A DNA stretch of 64,000 nucleotides from Thermotogota bacterium (GTDB taxonomy: Bacteria; Thermotogota; Thermotogae; MWEM01). Shown here piece after piece: positions 1 through 8,750 of the stretch (position 1 is the stretch's first letter; each line of letters opens with the position of its first letter). Below the pieces are notes generated by a model that made no database searches, had not been told where the DNA came from, and saw only the letters and a program-made list of their open reading frames with translations. The translations under genes were made by a program, and so were the position numbers. The stretch covers positions 41,411 to 105,410 of the forward strand of contig DAOPKN010000002.1 in assembly GCA_035391225.1 (NCBI GenBank), read 5' to 3'.

Positions 1-1
1 G

Positions 2-1153
2 CGCACTTTGGAAACCCTTTTCCGCGAGCAGGGCTTCTCCACGGGTGGGTTCTTCTCGCCACACCTGATCGATTTCCGTGAAAGGATTTCCCTGGACGGT
101 GTTCCCGTCGATGCTGCGGCATTAACGGGGGCGATGAACCGCGTGTACCCTGCTGTACAACAAATGGACGCCATGGGGGAAGATTGGCAACCCAGTTTCT
201 TTGAGCTGGTAACCGCCCTTGCGTTTACCCTATTCCAAGAAAAAGGGGTGGAGTTGGCATTGGTGGAGGTTGGGATGGGGGGGCGCTTGGATGCAACCAC
301 CGCTCTTTCTCCGGATTTGTTCGTGATCACCCACATTGGCCTGGACCATACCAAGACCCTTGGAACCACCCTGGAACAAATCGCCGGCGAAAAGGCGGGC
401 ATTTTGAAGCAAGGGGGCACGCTTGTTTGCGGGGTACGCAGGCCAGAGGCGCTGCAGGTAATCGAACAGGTTGCGCGGCAAAAGGAGGTGCACGTGGAGA
501 GGGTGGACCGTGACTTTTTTACCCGTGCGCTCCAATTCGACCTGGACAACAACCTGTTCGTGTTCGAGAACACCCGCGGGGAGGGAGGGCGCTTTTCGCT
601 GCGCCTGAATGGAACCCACCAGGTGGAAAACGCGGGTGTTGCCTTGCAAGCCTTTTTTTGTTATTGCCGCAACAAGGGATTTGCCGTTTCGCTTCCCAAG
701 GTGCAGCAGGCATTGGCCAGCGTGAAGTGGATTGGCCGCTTTGAACGGATCGGGGAACAGCCTTTGATCCTGGTGGACGGCGCGCACAATCCCGACGGCG
801 TGGAAAAGTTGCTGGAGAATTGGGACCTCTATTTCCCCGGGGAATCGTACGTGTTGCTGGTGGGGATGTTGAAGGACAAGGAAACCTCCCAGATGGTGCC
901 TCCGCTTTGCCAAAAAGCACGGCAAGTGGTGGTGACCGATCCCAACATGCCCGGACGCGTGGATAGCCGACTGGTGGTGCAGGCTTTCCAGGAACAGTGT
1001 GGGGAATCCCGGGTTTTCTACGAAGCAAACATGGAAAAGGCCTTGCATCTGGCGCTGGAAAAAACCCAGGGAAAAACCCCGCTTGTGATCACTGGATCCT
1101 TGTACCTCATAGGCTACCTACGCAAAATGGCGCTTGAACGGAAAGCCTGCTGA
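2..1153 (+). CDS. folC: Folylpolyglutamate synthase / dihydrofolate synthase, 5' end cut by window edge
   Basis: Frame is open from the window edge. Mur-ligase/FolC motifs present: SPHLIDFRERI, EVGMGGRLDATT, ITHIGLDHT, GEKAGILK, VDGAHNPDG. The N-terminal P-loop is absent, so the true start lies upstream. Confidence 0.85.
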   Translation, partial: RTLETLFREQGFSTGGFFSPHLIDFRERISLDGVPVDAAALTGAMNRVYPAVQQMDAMGEDWQPSFFELVTALAFTLFQEKGVELALVEVGMGGRLDATTALSPDLFVITHIGLDHTKTLGTTLEQIAGEKAGILKQGGTLVCGVRRPEALQVIEQVARQKEVHVERVDRDFFTRALQFDLDNNLFVFENTRGEGGRFSLRLNGTHQVENAGVALQAFFCYCRNKGFAVSLPKVQQALASVKWIGRFERIGEQPLILVDGAHNPDGVEKLLENWDLYFPGESYVLLVGMLKDKETSQMVPPLCQKARQVVVTDPNMPGRVDSRLVVQAFQEQCGESRVFYEANMEKALHLALEKTQGKTPLVITGSLYLIGYLRKMALERKAC

Positions 1154-1156
1154 ACG

Positions 1157-1705
1157 ATGCACCCGTTCCATTTTTCGGCAGGAGACGGAAGCACGGCCAT
1201 TCCCCAAGAACCCATGGACCTTTTCATCCATGCACGTCCCGTGGAATCCTTGGAAAATGTGCGCTGCAACGCCCACATGAACCTTTTCCTGTGCCAATTT
1301 CCGGGGCAGAGGTTTCCCCATGATTTGCTCTTCCTGCGAAAAGACGGAACGTGGATTTTTCGGCGTCCTTTTTCGGGCGGAAATTCCCCGCTGCGCTTCG
1401 AGTATGGTAAAATGAGGTATGGTGTTCTGTTCCCCGGAGAACTGTTGAACCCCGGAAGCGTATTGCTCGTGAAAAGGGCAGGTGTGGATTTCTTGCTCGG
1501 GTTTGACCCAGTGCCCGGGGGAAGCTTGGAGAGTTTGCTGTTGCAATCGGTGGTTTTCGACGCGGAAGTACCCCTGTTGTACGGGTTTTCCCGGCAAGGA
1601 AGGTGGAAATTCTGGTTTTTCTCCCCGGGAGCACCGGGAAGGGTTTGCCAGAAAGAAATCCTCTCTTGCCCCTTTTCCCTATCCATCGAGATTCCCCAGA
1701 GGTGA
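1157..1705 (+). CDS. Hypothetical protein (182 aa)
   Basis: The ORF fills the folC-to-polyprenyl-synthase gap exactly, starting 4 nt after the folC stop and ending 5 nt before the next ATG. Codon choice resembles neighbouring genes. No recognisable motif. Confidence 0.45.
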   Translation: MHPFHFSAGDGSTAIPQEPMDLFIHARPVESLENVRCNAHMNLFLCQFPGQRFPHDLLFLRKDGTWIFRRPFSGGNSPLRFEYGKMRYGVLFPGELLNPGSVLLVKRAGVDFLLGFDPVPGGSLESLLLQSVVFDAEVPLLYGFSRQGRWKFWFFSPGAPGRVCQKEILSCPFSLSIEIPQR

Positions 1706-1709
1706 AACC

Positions 1710-2588
1710 ATGGTTAGTCACGAAAAGGATTTGAAATCTTGGTTTACCGAGCAACTGGTTCAGAAACTGGCGCAGGCACATTCCGGTCTTCCCGAGTACT
1801 GGGGGAACACCGTTCGATACCCCGTGGAAGCACCGGGGAAGAGATTCCGACCCTTGCTTCTCCTGCACGCGGGGCAATCCTTGGGGCTCCACAAAGAATC
1901 CCTTTGTACCTTGGCTTGCTGTGTGGAACTGCTCCACAGCGCTTCGTTGGTGCACGATGATCTGCCCTCGGTGGACAACGACGATTTCCGCCGGGGCAGG
2001 TTGGCCACGCACAAGGTTTTTGGAGAGGCAATGGCCCTCATCGCGGGTGATTTTTTGTTTTTTTGCGCGTTTCACTGGATTTCCGAGGAGGAAAACCCAG
2101 AGCTCTTCCGCCTTTTTTCCGAGTGTGCGAGAGACCTTGCCACCGGAGAAGCCATGGACATTTTCCTCGAGAGAAACCCCGGTAGCGCAGATGAGCCGGT
2201 ACTGCGCATGGTGAACGAGTACAAGACCGCCCGCCTCATCCAGTTTTCCCTGTGCGCGCCCTTGCTCAAGGCGGGTTTTTCGAGGGAGGATACCGTTTTC
2301 CAGCAGTTTTGGGATGCGGGAAGAGAAATGGGATTGGCCTTTCAACTCTGGGACGACGCCAAGGATCGTACCGGCACTTTCCAGGAACTGGGCAAAACCC
2401 CGGGAAAGGACTTGCGCAACGGCAAACCCACGATGTTGGATTTCTTCGGCCTTCGCCAGGTCCAGCAAATGGCTGGTGCGCACTGGGAAAAGGCGTTGGA
2501 CTGTTTCGTGAGGCACAATGACAAGGGTGATCTGCACAACTTGCTGGATTTCTTGGGAGAAGTCCGTCCCAAGATTACTTCCCAATGA
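1710..2588 (+). CDS. Polyprenyl (geranylgeranyl/farnesyl) diphosphate synthase
   Basis: ATG 1710 follows GAGGTG. Both Asp-rich motifs of trans-isoprenyl diphosphate synthases are present (LVHDDLPSVDNDDFRRG and FQLWDDAKD). Small residues (Ala, Ser) at -5/-4 before the first motif suggest a C20 or longer product. Confidence 0.9.
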   Translation: MVSHEKDLKSWFTEQLVQKLAQAHSGLPEYWGNTVRYPVEAPGKRFRPLLLLHAGQSLGLHKESLCTLACCVELLHSASLVHDDLPSVDNDDFRRGRLATHKVFGEAMALIAGDFLFFCAFHWISEEENPELFRLFSECARDLATGEAMDIFLERNPGSADEPVLRMVNEYKTARLIQFSLCAPLLKAGFSREDTVFQQFWDAGREMGLAFQLWDDAKDRTGTFQELGKTPGKDLRNGKPTMLDFFGLRQVQQMAGAHWEKALDCFVRHNDKGDLHNLLDFLGEVRPKITSQ

Positions 2589-2592
2589 AAAG

Positions 2593-5442
2593 GTGGTTCG
2601 CTTGAAAGAGAAACCGCAAAAGCAACGATCGGCATCAACCCTCCGGCAAGCGATTTCCGCACCGGTTGCAAAGCTTCTTCGTTTCTTCAACTCGCACCGT
2701 TTGGTGGGAATCCTGACGGTGGTTGTCGTTGTTGCCGCGATCGTGCTTGTGGTACTCCTGGCAAACCGGGCCAACGGAGAGAAAGAAATCGGTACGAGTG
2801 AGACGCAGGCCACCACGGAAATCCAAGACCTTACCATATTTATCCCGGAAAATGCCTTTCCCTACCCCAAATCGTTCAACATCAAGAAGCTCCCCATGGA
2901 TGCCACCACCCAGAGGGTGAAAGAAATCGGACGGATGACCGGGAACGTGTACGAGCTGACACCGCAGGACGGAAGGAACGACCTTGCCTTACAGCCGATG
3001 GTCTTCGAGTACCTTTTCCCCTCCGAGTTCTTCTTTGGCCCAGAGTACAACAACGCCGAGTTGGTGTACGCCGATGCCAAGGAAAACCCGGTTTTCCATG
3101 TTTTTGGGGGGGGTGAGATCCAGCAGAAGAATAACCAGGTGGTGCTGCGGGTGAATGCCTTTCATGGCTCGATCCTGGGACTCCGGATCAAGAACCCGGA
3201 AAAACCCTCTTGGGGACTGCAAAAGGCCATTGAAAAACCCGATACGTTGAAGCCGGATTTGTTGGTGATCCCCGGAATGGATGCCAATTTCCTCGGATTC
3301 CTGCCGAACACCGTCACGAACGAGAACCCGCAGGGGAACAACATTTGGGAAATTTCGTTCCCCGATCGTACCATTTGGAGCTACCTGTACCCCCTTTCCG
3401 AGACCCGATCCCTCGAGTACATGGACGAGGCGCGACAATTCTTCGACAGCATTTCCAATACCAGCTACATTCGATTCGAAGCGCATCGCCTGGCACAAGC
3501 CCTGCAAAACAGTTCCCGCCAGTTTGACATCGTTGCACATGGGGTGGGAGGCCTGATCGCGCGCTACGCCGTGGAAATGAACCTGGTATCCAACGTACGC
3601 AAGCTGGTGTTGATCTCCACCCCGAACGCGGGTACCAACATCGTGAACCCTTCCTTTCTCAACCTGCTGTACGGCAAGGATGCCAAAGTGCTTGCCCAGA
3701 TCTACGATATCGACGGGGATTCGCTTCGTTTCATCAAGGAAAATAACCTTTCGTACCTGGAAAACGTGAACACCTACTACACCGATATCTTGCCCGACAG
3801 CACCTTCATCGCCTCGCTGGAAAAGACGCTGCGGGACGATATCGAGTATGCGTTCATCGCGGGGGATTACCCCGGTTTCAATACGAACCTCGCCAATTCG
3901 CAGTTTGCCATGTTTTACCCCGAGAACGCGCAGGGAAAGGGAGATGGCATCGTTTCGGTCTTTAGTGCGTTGTACCCGACCATCGATGCTGCTGCCCCCA
4001 ACATGGTGACCCGGGTTTTCCCCTACTCTTTCTTTGATATCTACATCCAGCAAAAAACGTTGGAATTCGTGCGTACCTACTTGGAAAGCGGGGTAGAAAC
4101 CGTTACCATCCCCCAGTACCAGGACGATACCTTCCGGGAATGGCGATTCGAGTACCCGGAGTCCACGGAAACCACGGCCGATCCGATGCAAGCCACCGCC
4201 ACGCGTGTTTCCCCCTTTGACGAACCGGCCACAACCGCAGTGACCCCTGCTCCTACGCCGGCGATTTCGCCTTCCACCGCCACCACTTCCGAGGACACCA
4301 CGCTGTTGGAAGATTTCTCCACCTGGAGGCAGAAAGTGTCGGGCTCCGAGCAGTTGCCCCCATCCACGCAAGGGGCTTCCACCGTTGCCACAACGACCGC
4401 CAAGCTCTCCGAGCAAGGCACTTCGGAGACCTCACGGACGCAAGATGTGGTACCACAAGAGGTCCAGAAAAGTACTCCTTCCGCCGGGCAACCCGCCTCC
4501 GAAGGACAGCCCGCACCCACAAGCCAGCCCCCGTTGTCTCCCGCGACAGCTCCCGCACCCATTGGCACTTCTCCCGCCTCGCTGCACGTGACCGGGCCCC
4601 TGTTCTGGGATGCAAACCTGGTGCGAAACGCATCCCGTGCACAGCTCCTGGGTGGGTTACAAAACCCCTTTGCTTTCGTGCACGCGGGAGAAGCCGTTTA
4701 CCTGTTTGACCAAAACGGCATTTGGCGGAAGATGGGGGAGGACTTTTCGCGGATAGCCTCTCCGGTGATCTCCACTTTCCGAAAGGATTTCTCCAAGGTG
4801 GATGTGGTTTTGCAAAACCAGTTGTTCGAGCTGTCCGCGGCATCCTTCCGCAAGGTACGGAGCCTTCCGTTCGAAGGCAAGGTGATCAGCTTGGATATCG
4901 CACGGCAACCGGAACTTTTCTTGGTGCAGCAAAACGGGCTGATCTTGGAAGTGGGGCCCTCCTCCTACGCGATTCCCGGGGAAGTGGGCAAGATCATACG
5001 TGCCGGGGGATTCCTTTGCGTGCTCACCAATCGTGGCGTTTTCGGGGTGGAGAACGGACGCGTGCTCCCCTTGGTGCAAAGTCCTTCCGCGGAGCTTCCC
5101 TTCGTGGATGGTGTGTATTTCCAAGGACACCTCGTGTTCCTTTCCTCCAAGGGAACCCTGGAAATGTACAGCCTTTCCGGGCAACCGCTGCAAAGCCTAT
5201 CCCTGGAAAATGTGACCGCCTTTAGTCTGCGTGTTTGCGGTGACCAATTGGTGGCTTTTGGCCCGAAGAAATTGAACCGCTTTTATTTCCCGGCGGGGAA
5301 CCCCAATGCGCTACGCGGGACCTATTACTCTTTCCAACAAGGGGAAAGGCTTGTGGACCTGCGCTGCACTTCCAGCCAGCTGGTGTTGCTGCTGGAGAAA
5401 GAGGGGAGTTTCTGGCTGGAAAACGTGGGGATCATGCCATGA
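2593..5442 (+). CDS. Large membrane-anchored protein: lipase-like alpha/beta-hydrolase domain (nucleophile Ser replaced by Gly), Pro/Thr/Ser-rich linker, C-terminal beta-repeat domain
   Basis: Long ORF. An in-frame GTG at 2593 lies just after the upstream stop; ATG 2518 would overlap by 71 nt, so the start is uncertain. It has a TM helix (ILTVVVVVAAIVLVVLL), a lipase/PGAP1-like core around FDIVAHGVGGLIARYAV...LISTPNAGT, a low-complexity linker of about 150 aa, and a repetitive beta-strand C-terminus. Confidence 0.7.
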   Translation: MVRLKEKPQKQRSASTLRQAISAPVAKLLRFFNSHRLVGILTVVVVVAAIVLVVLLANRANGEKEIGTSETQATTEIQDLTIFIPENAFPYPKSFNIKKLPMDATTQRVKEIGRMTGNVYELTPQDGRNDLALQPMVFEYLFPSEFFFGPEYNNAELVYADAKENPVFHVFGGGEIQQKNNQVVLRVNAFHGSILGLRIKNPEKPSWGLQKAIEKPDTLKPDLLVIPGMDANFLGFLPNTVTNENPQGNNIWEISFPDRTIWSYLYPLSETRSLEYMDEARQFFDSISNTSYIRFEAHRLAQALQNSSRQFDIVAHGVGGLIARYAVEMNLVSNVRKLVLISTPNAGTNIVNPSFLNLLYGKDAKVLAQIYDIDGDSLRFIKENNLSYLENVNTYYTDILPDSTFIASLEKTLRDDIEYAFIAGDYPGFNTNLANSQFAMFYPENAQGKGDGIVSVFSALYPTIDAAAPNMVTRVFPYSFFDIYIQQKTLEFVRTYLESGVETVTIPQYQDDTFREWRFEYPESTETTADPMQATATRVSPFDEPATTAVTPAPTPAISPSTATTSEDTTLLEDFSTWRQKVSGSEQLPPSTQGASTVATTTAKLSEQGTSETSRTQDVVPQEVQKSTPSAGQPASEGQPAPTSQPPLSPATAPAPIGTSPASLHVTGPLFWDANLVRNASRAQLLGGLQNPFAFVHAGEAVYLFDQNGIWRKMGEDFSRIASPVISTFRKDFSKVDVVLQNQLFELSAASFRKVRSLPFEGKVISLDIARQPELFLVQQNGLILEVGPSSYAIPGEVGKIIRAGGFLCVLTNRGVFGVENGRVLPLVQSPSAELPFVDGVYFQGHLVFLSSKGTLEMYSLSGQPLQSLSLENVTAFSLRVCGDQLVAFGPKKLNRFYFPAGNPNALRGTYYSFQQGERLVDLRCTSSQLVLLLEKEGSFWLENVGIMP

Positions 5443-6542
5443 AAAAGGGATGGGTTCTCCTGGGGCTGTTGGCGTTCCTCGTGGTGGGGCTTTTTGGCAG
5501 TTACGAGGACGAAGCCATGGATCTCTTCTTTTCCGGAAAAGGGGCTTACAATTCCGGGAGCTACGAGGATGCCCAGCGCCTGTTAAAATCTGCACTGGAA
5601 CTCGATCCAAAAATCGAGGCCAAGGCTCCCACCATCAAGTACATGATTGGGGTAAGTGCTTTCAAGAACGGGGATTATTCCACCGCCAAAACCATGTTGA
5701 GCCTGTTTCCGGAGAATCCGGTTGCCATGGACTTGCTCCTGAAGATCGCGGAGTTCGAAAAGAACCTGCCCGAAGACTTTTACTATACCGGCACCACCCA
5801 GGAAAGAACCCCCCCTGCCGTCCTTCTGCAGGCCACTTCCACGGAGTCTTCCAGCGAGGCGGGGGCAGGGCTTTCTCCCGTGCTGGTAGTGCTGGTGGCA
5901 TTGGTGGTATTCGTGTCCCTGTTCCTCTTTTTGGAGATCAAGTTGAACCTGTTTAGCACCCTGGCAACGCGGCTTTCCAAGAGTGGGAGCGTTACCGTTA
6001 CCATGCAACCCCGCAGCGCGCCGGTAACCGAAGCGATCGCATCCGGGAGTATGCCATCCCGGGAGGAAATTCCCCCCAACCTTCTGGAAACACCCTTCGA
6101 GGAGCCCATCGACATAGACTCCATGGCGGAAAAGGAAATTTCCGAGCTTTCCCGTGTTTTCGGCACCCCCAAGAAAACCGCGGACCAGGAAGAAACCCCG
6201 TACGCCCCGCAGACCGAAGAGCAGGCAAAGGAAGATATGCTGCATTCCTTCCAGCAGCAGGCTTCTTCCGGGGAGCCCCCCGAACCCCAAGCCATTCCGG
6301 TGGACCAGCTTCCCGAAGACTTCCACCCCGAAAAAGTGCGCGCACGGATCAAAGAGCTGTTCGAAAAAATCCCGACCCCTACGAAAGAGAAGGAATTCCT
6401 TCCCATTGATCAGGTGGAAGAACAGCAAAACCAAACGGTGACCCTCGACGACTTCGATGCGGTAGAGGATTGGGACTCCGCGAAACTGGAGAAATTCTTC
6501 GATTTTGTGTTTCAAGAATCCGAGGAACATTCAACCACCTGA
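5439..6542 (+). CDS. TPR-like membrane protein with acidic Glu/Pro-rich tail
   Basis: ATGA overlap with the upstream stop. Hydrophobic N-terminus (WVLLGLLAFLVVGLFG), TPR-like helices (YEDAQRLLKSALELDPK), a central TM helix (VLVVLVALVVFVSLFLFL) and an acidic C-terminal half. Confidence 0.7.
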   Translation: MKKGWVLLGLLAFLVVGLFGSYEDEAMDLFFSGKGAYNSGSYEDAQRLLKSALELDPKIEAKAPTIKYMIGVSAFKNGDYSTAKTMLSLFPENPVAMDLLLKIAEFEKNLPEDFYYTGTTQERTPPAVLLQATSTESSSEAGAGLSPVLVVLVALVVFVSLFLFLEIKLNLFSTLATRLSKSGSVTVTMQPRSAPVTEAIASGSMPSREEIPPNLLETPFEEPIDIDSMAEKEISELSRVFGTPKKTADQEETPYAPQTEEQAKEDMLHSFQQQASSGEPPEPQAIPVDQLPEDFHPEKVRARIKELFEKIPTPTKEKEFLPIDQVEEQQNQTVTLDDFDAVEDWDSAKLEKFFDFVFQESEEHSTT

Positions 6543-6543
6543 C

Positions 6544-7026
6544 ATGCCCTTTTCCTCCGCCGTACTGGTGGGGATATGGAAAACCCGTTCGGTTCGCGTG
6601 CTTGTCTTGACCCAAAGGAATCGCAGGTTGCGCGAGCACCCGGGTGAGATTTCCTTTTCGGGTGGGAAATGCCTTCCCGGGGAAAACCCCGTTGCAACGG
6701 CTCTGCGCGAAGCGCGTGAAGAAATGGGTGTGGAGCAGGCCCAACTCCTTTCGCTTCTCCCCCCCGAGCAAACGGTGAATTCCGGGCATCTGATACTCCC
6801 CGTGGTGGCGCGTCTTCACCAAGCTTCTTTCCGGTGCAACGCGGAGGTAGAACGCCTGCATTTCCTTCCGCTGCCGCTACTGTTTCGTAGCCACGAAAAG
6901 TGGGAAACGTTCCTTTTCCGGGAAAAACCCATTCGCGTACCGGTATGGGACTTCAAGGCCTTCGTGGTTTGGGGTGCCACCGGAAGGATGCTGGTGCATT
7001 TCCAGAAGCTGTTTCGGCAAGGGTAG
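6544..7026 (+). CDS. NUDIX hydrolase, CoA pyrophosphatase-like
   Basis: ATG lies 2 nt after the upstream stop. Nudix box GGKCLPGENPVATALREAREEMGV, preceded by the CoA-pyrophosphatase-type LTQRNRRLREHPGEISFSGG. Confidence 0.8.
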   Translation: MPFSSAVLVGIWKTRSVRVLVLTQRNRRLREHPGEISFSGGKCLPGENPVATALREAREEMGVEQAQLLSLLPPEQTVNSGHLILPVVARLHQASFRCNAEVERLHFLPLPLLFRSHEKWETFLFREKPIRVPVWDFKAFVVWGATGRMLVHFQKLFRQG

Positions 7027-7173
7027 CGCGAACCCTTCGTGCCGCCAGGCCATGGGAAAAGGCTCTGCCGCCCAAAAAGCCCCCCCATTCCGATACCTGG
7101 AACACCCACCCTTGCTCCCATCTTGCTCCTTTGGTTTCTCCCCCACACCCGGAACCGGGCACATCCCCATTTT

Positions 7174-7202
7174 TTTGGTGGGTCTTCGTGATGGTGTATA
7201 AT
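7174..7202 (+). promoter_or_regulatory. Putative sigma-70 promoter for the amidohydrolase-hppA unit
   Basis: Perfect TATAAT at 7197-7202, 35 nt upstream of ATG 7238. The -35 region is T-rich and weak. Confidence 0.4.
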
Positions 7203-7237
7203 AGGGAAGTTTTTGCCCATTGCCAAGGAGTATCCGT

Positions 7238-8707
7238 ATGATTTTGCACAATGCCAACGTACTTGATCCCGAGAGCAAGCGCTTTATCCATGCCAACGTG
7301 CAGATTCGAGAGGGAAAAATCGCCCGCATTTCTTCGGCTTCGCCGGGTGCGGACGAAGCTGCCATGGACCTGCAGGGGGGGTTTTTGCTCCCTGCTTTCT
7401 GCGATGCGCATTTGCACGTGCTGGGATTGGGACAGCGCTTGCATGCCACTCCCTGGGATGCCTCCTGGGACGAACGGCAATTCTCGGACTGGATCGATCG
7501 CCAGGAGGAGAGTTTCCTGGAGATCCGTGGATGGGGAGGCATCCAAGATCGCTTTCTGCCCTCCTTCGAACTCCTGGAACGCTGGAAGGAGAAAGCCATC
7601 GTACTGGTGCGGCGCTGCGGGCACGTGGCGCTCGTGAACCGCAGGGCCATTTCGTTGTTGGAGTTGGGTTCCGGGGATGGCATCGACGGCACCGACCTTT
7701 CCAAAGGGGTTGTGCGCGAAAAGGCAATGCACATGCTGAAGAAGGGCAACAACAGCAGCGAGTTTCGCCAGCTATGCTTCCAAAAAGCCATTCGGGAGTT
7801 GAACCGCTGGGGAATCTGCTCCGTGCATTCCGATGATTTCGCCGAGTTCTCTGCGTTGGAGCAAATGGCCAGCCTGTTCTCGCAGCAACAGGGGGTGCGC
7901 ATCTTCCAAAAGGTCCATCCCCCCTCTTTCTCCTGGTTACGGGGATCTGCGCTTCCGGTTTCCCAAGGCTGGGGGAACACGGGTTTCTTGCAACTGCGTT
8001 CCATCAAGCTTTTCTTGGATGGATCCCTGGGAGCAAGGACAGCCCTGTTGCAGGCCCCGTACTCGGATGAACCCCACACACGAGGGGTAGCGGTGCTTTC
8101 CGCGGAAGAACTCGAGGATTTCGTGTCTTTCTGCGAACGAAAAGGGATCACGATGTGCATGCACGTCATTGGGGACGGGGCTCTCGAAACAGCGTTGCAG
8201 GTGCTTGCCAAGCGCGGAGATCCCACCAACCCCTTGCGGCACAGGTTGATCCATGCCCAAAATGCGTGGCCGGATCAAATCGCGCGTATCCAGAAGAGCA
8301 ACTTGCTGGTTTCCATCCAACCCGCCTTTTTCGATTCGGACCGGTTCATGGCACCCGAACGATTGGGCGCGGAGCGCTATGCACAGATGGCCTACCCCTT
8401 TTCGCAGATGCTGGAACGGGGAATCCCGCTTTCCCTCTCCACGGATGCCCCGGTGGAAGAGGTGAACCCCTTTGCCACGTTGGGCTCCGCGCTCCGTTTC
8501 ATGGATATGGGGCAAGCGTTCGACCTGTATACGTGCGGGGGAGCCTTTGCCTCTTTCTCCGAAACGCAACGGGGAACGATCGCACCGGGGATGGATGCGG
8601 ATCTCATGGTGTTGGACCAAGATTTGTGGCAGATGCAGCCCCAGGAGCTGCGCGATGTGCACCCCCGTGCCGTGTTCACGGGTGGAAAACAAGTTTTTCC
8701 CGTGTAA
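7238..8707 (+). CDS. Metal-dependent amidohydrolase (YtcJ-like, amidohydrolase family)
   Basis: AAGGAG lies 7 nt upstream of ATG 7238. HxH metal motif (FCDAHLHVLG), DGSLGARTA, MHVIGDGA and a C-terminal STDAPVE, typical of the amidohydrolase 3 family. Confidence 0.8.
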   Translation: MILHNANVLDPESKRFIHANVQIREGKIARISSASPGADEAAMDLQGGFLLPAFCDAHLHVLGLGQRLHATPWDASWDERQFSDWIDRQEESFLEIRGWGGIQDRFLPSFELLERWKEKAIVLVRRCGHVALVNRRAISLLELGSGDGIDGTDLSKGVVREKAMHMLKKGNNSSEFRQLCFQKAIRELNRWGICSVHSDDFAEFSALEQMASLFSQQQGVRIFQKVHPPSFSWLRGSALPVSQGWGNTGFLQLRSIKLFLDGSLGARTALLQAPYSDEPHTRGVAVLSAEELEDFVSFCERKGITMCMHVIGDGALETALQVLAKRGDPTNPLRHRLIHAQNAWPDQIARIQKSNLLVSIQPAFFDSDRFMAPERLGAERYAQMAYPFSQMLERGIPLSLSTDAPVEEVNPFATLGSALRFMDMGQAFDLYTCGGAFASFSETQRGTIAPGMDADLMVLDQDLWQMQPQELRDVHPRAVFTGGKQVFPV

Positions 8708-8750
8708 AAACCATTCTTTTTTCGATACAAAACTTGGAGGGAGGTTTTTT

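Noticed and set aside
1224-2837. 537-aa minus-strand ORF overlapping the polyprenyl synthase region
   Set aside because: It is antisense to a gene with both DDxxD motifs. The product is Arg/Pro/Gly-rich with no motif and no RBS context.
7027-7173. C-rich 150-bp intergenic stretch after the Nudix gene, considered as a possible small RNA or terminator
   Set aside because: There is no stable hairpin with a U-run, no conserved motif and no tRNA-like features. It is treated as a spacer preceding the TATAAT promoter at 7197.
8472-8750. N-terminal extension of the hppA ORF. Similar extensions occur at leuS, trpS, asnS, glgX, Nudix, trkH and rsmH.
   Set aside because: The extensions overlap upstream genes and lack an RBS. 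Internal starts with GGAGG-type sites give proteins of canonical length and canonical N-termini.
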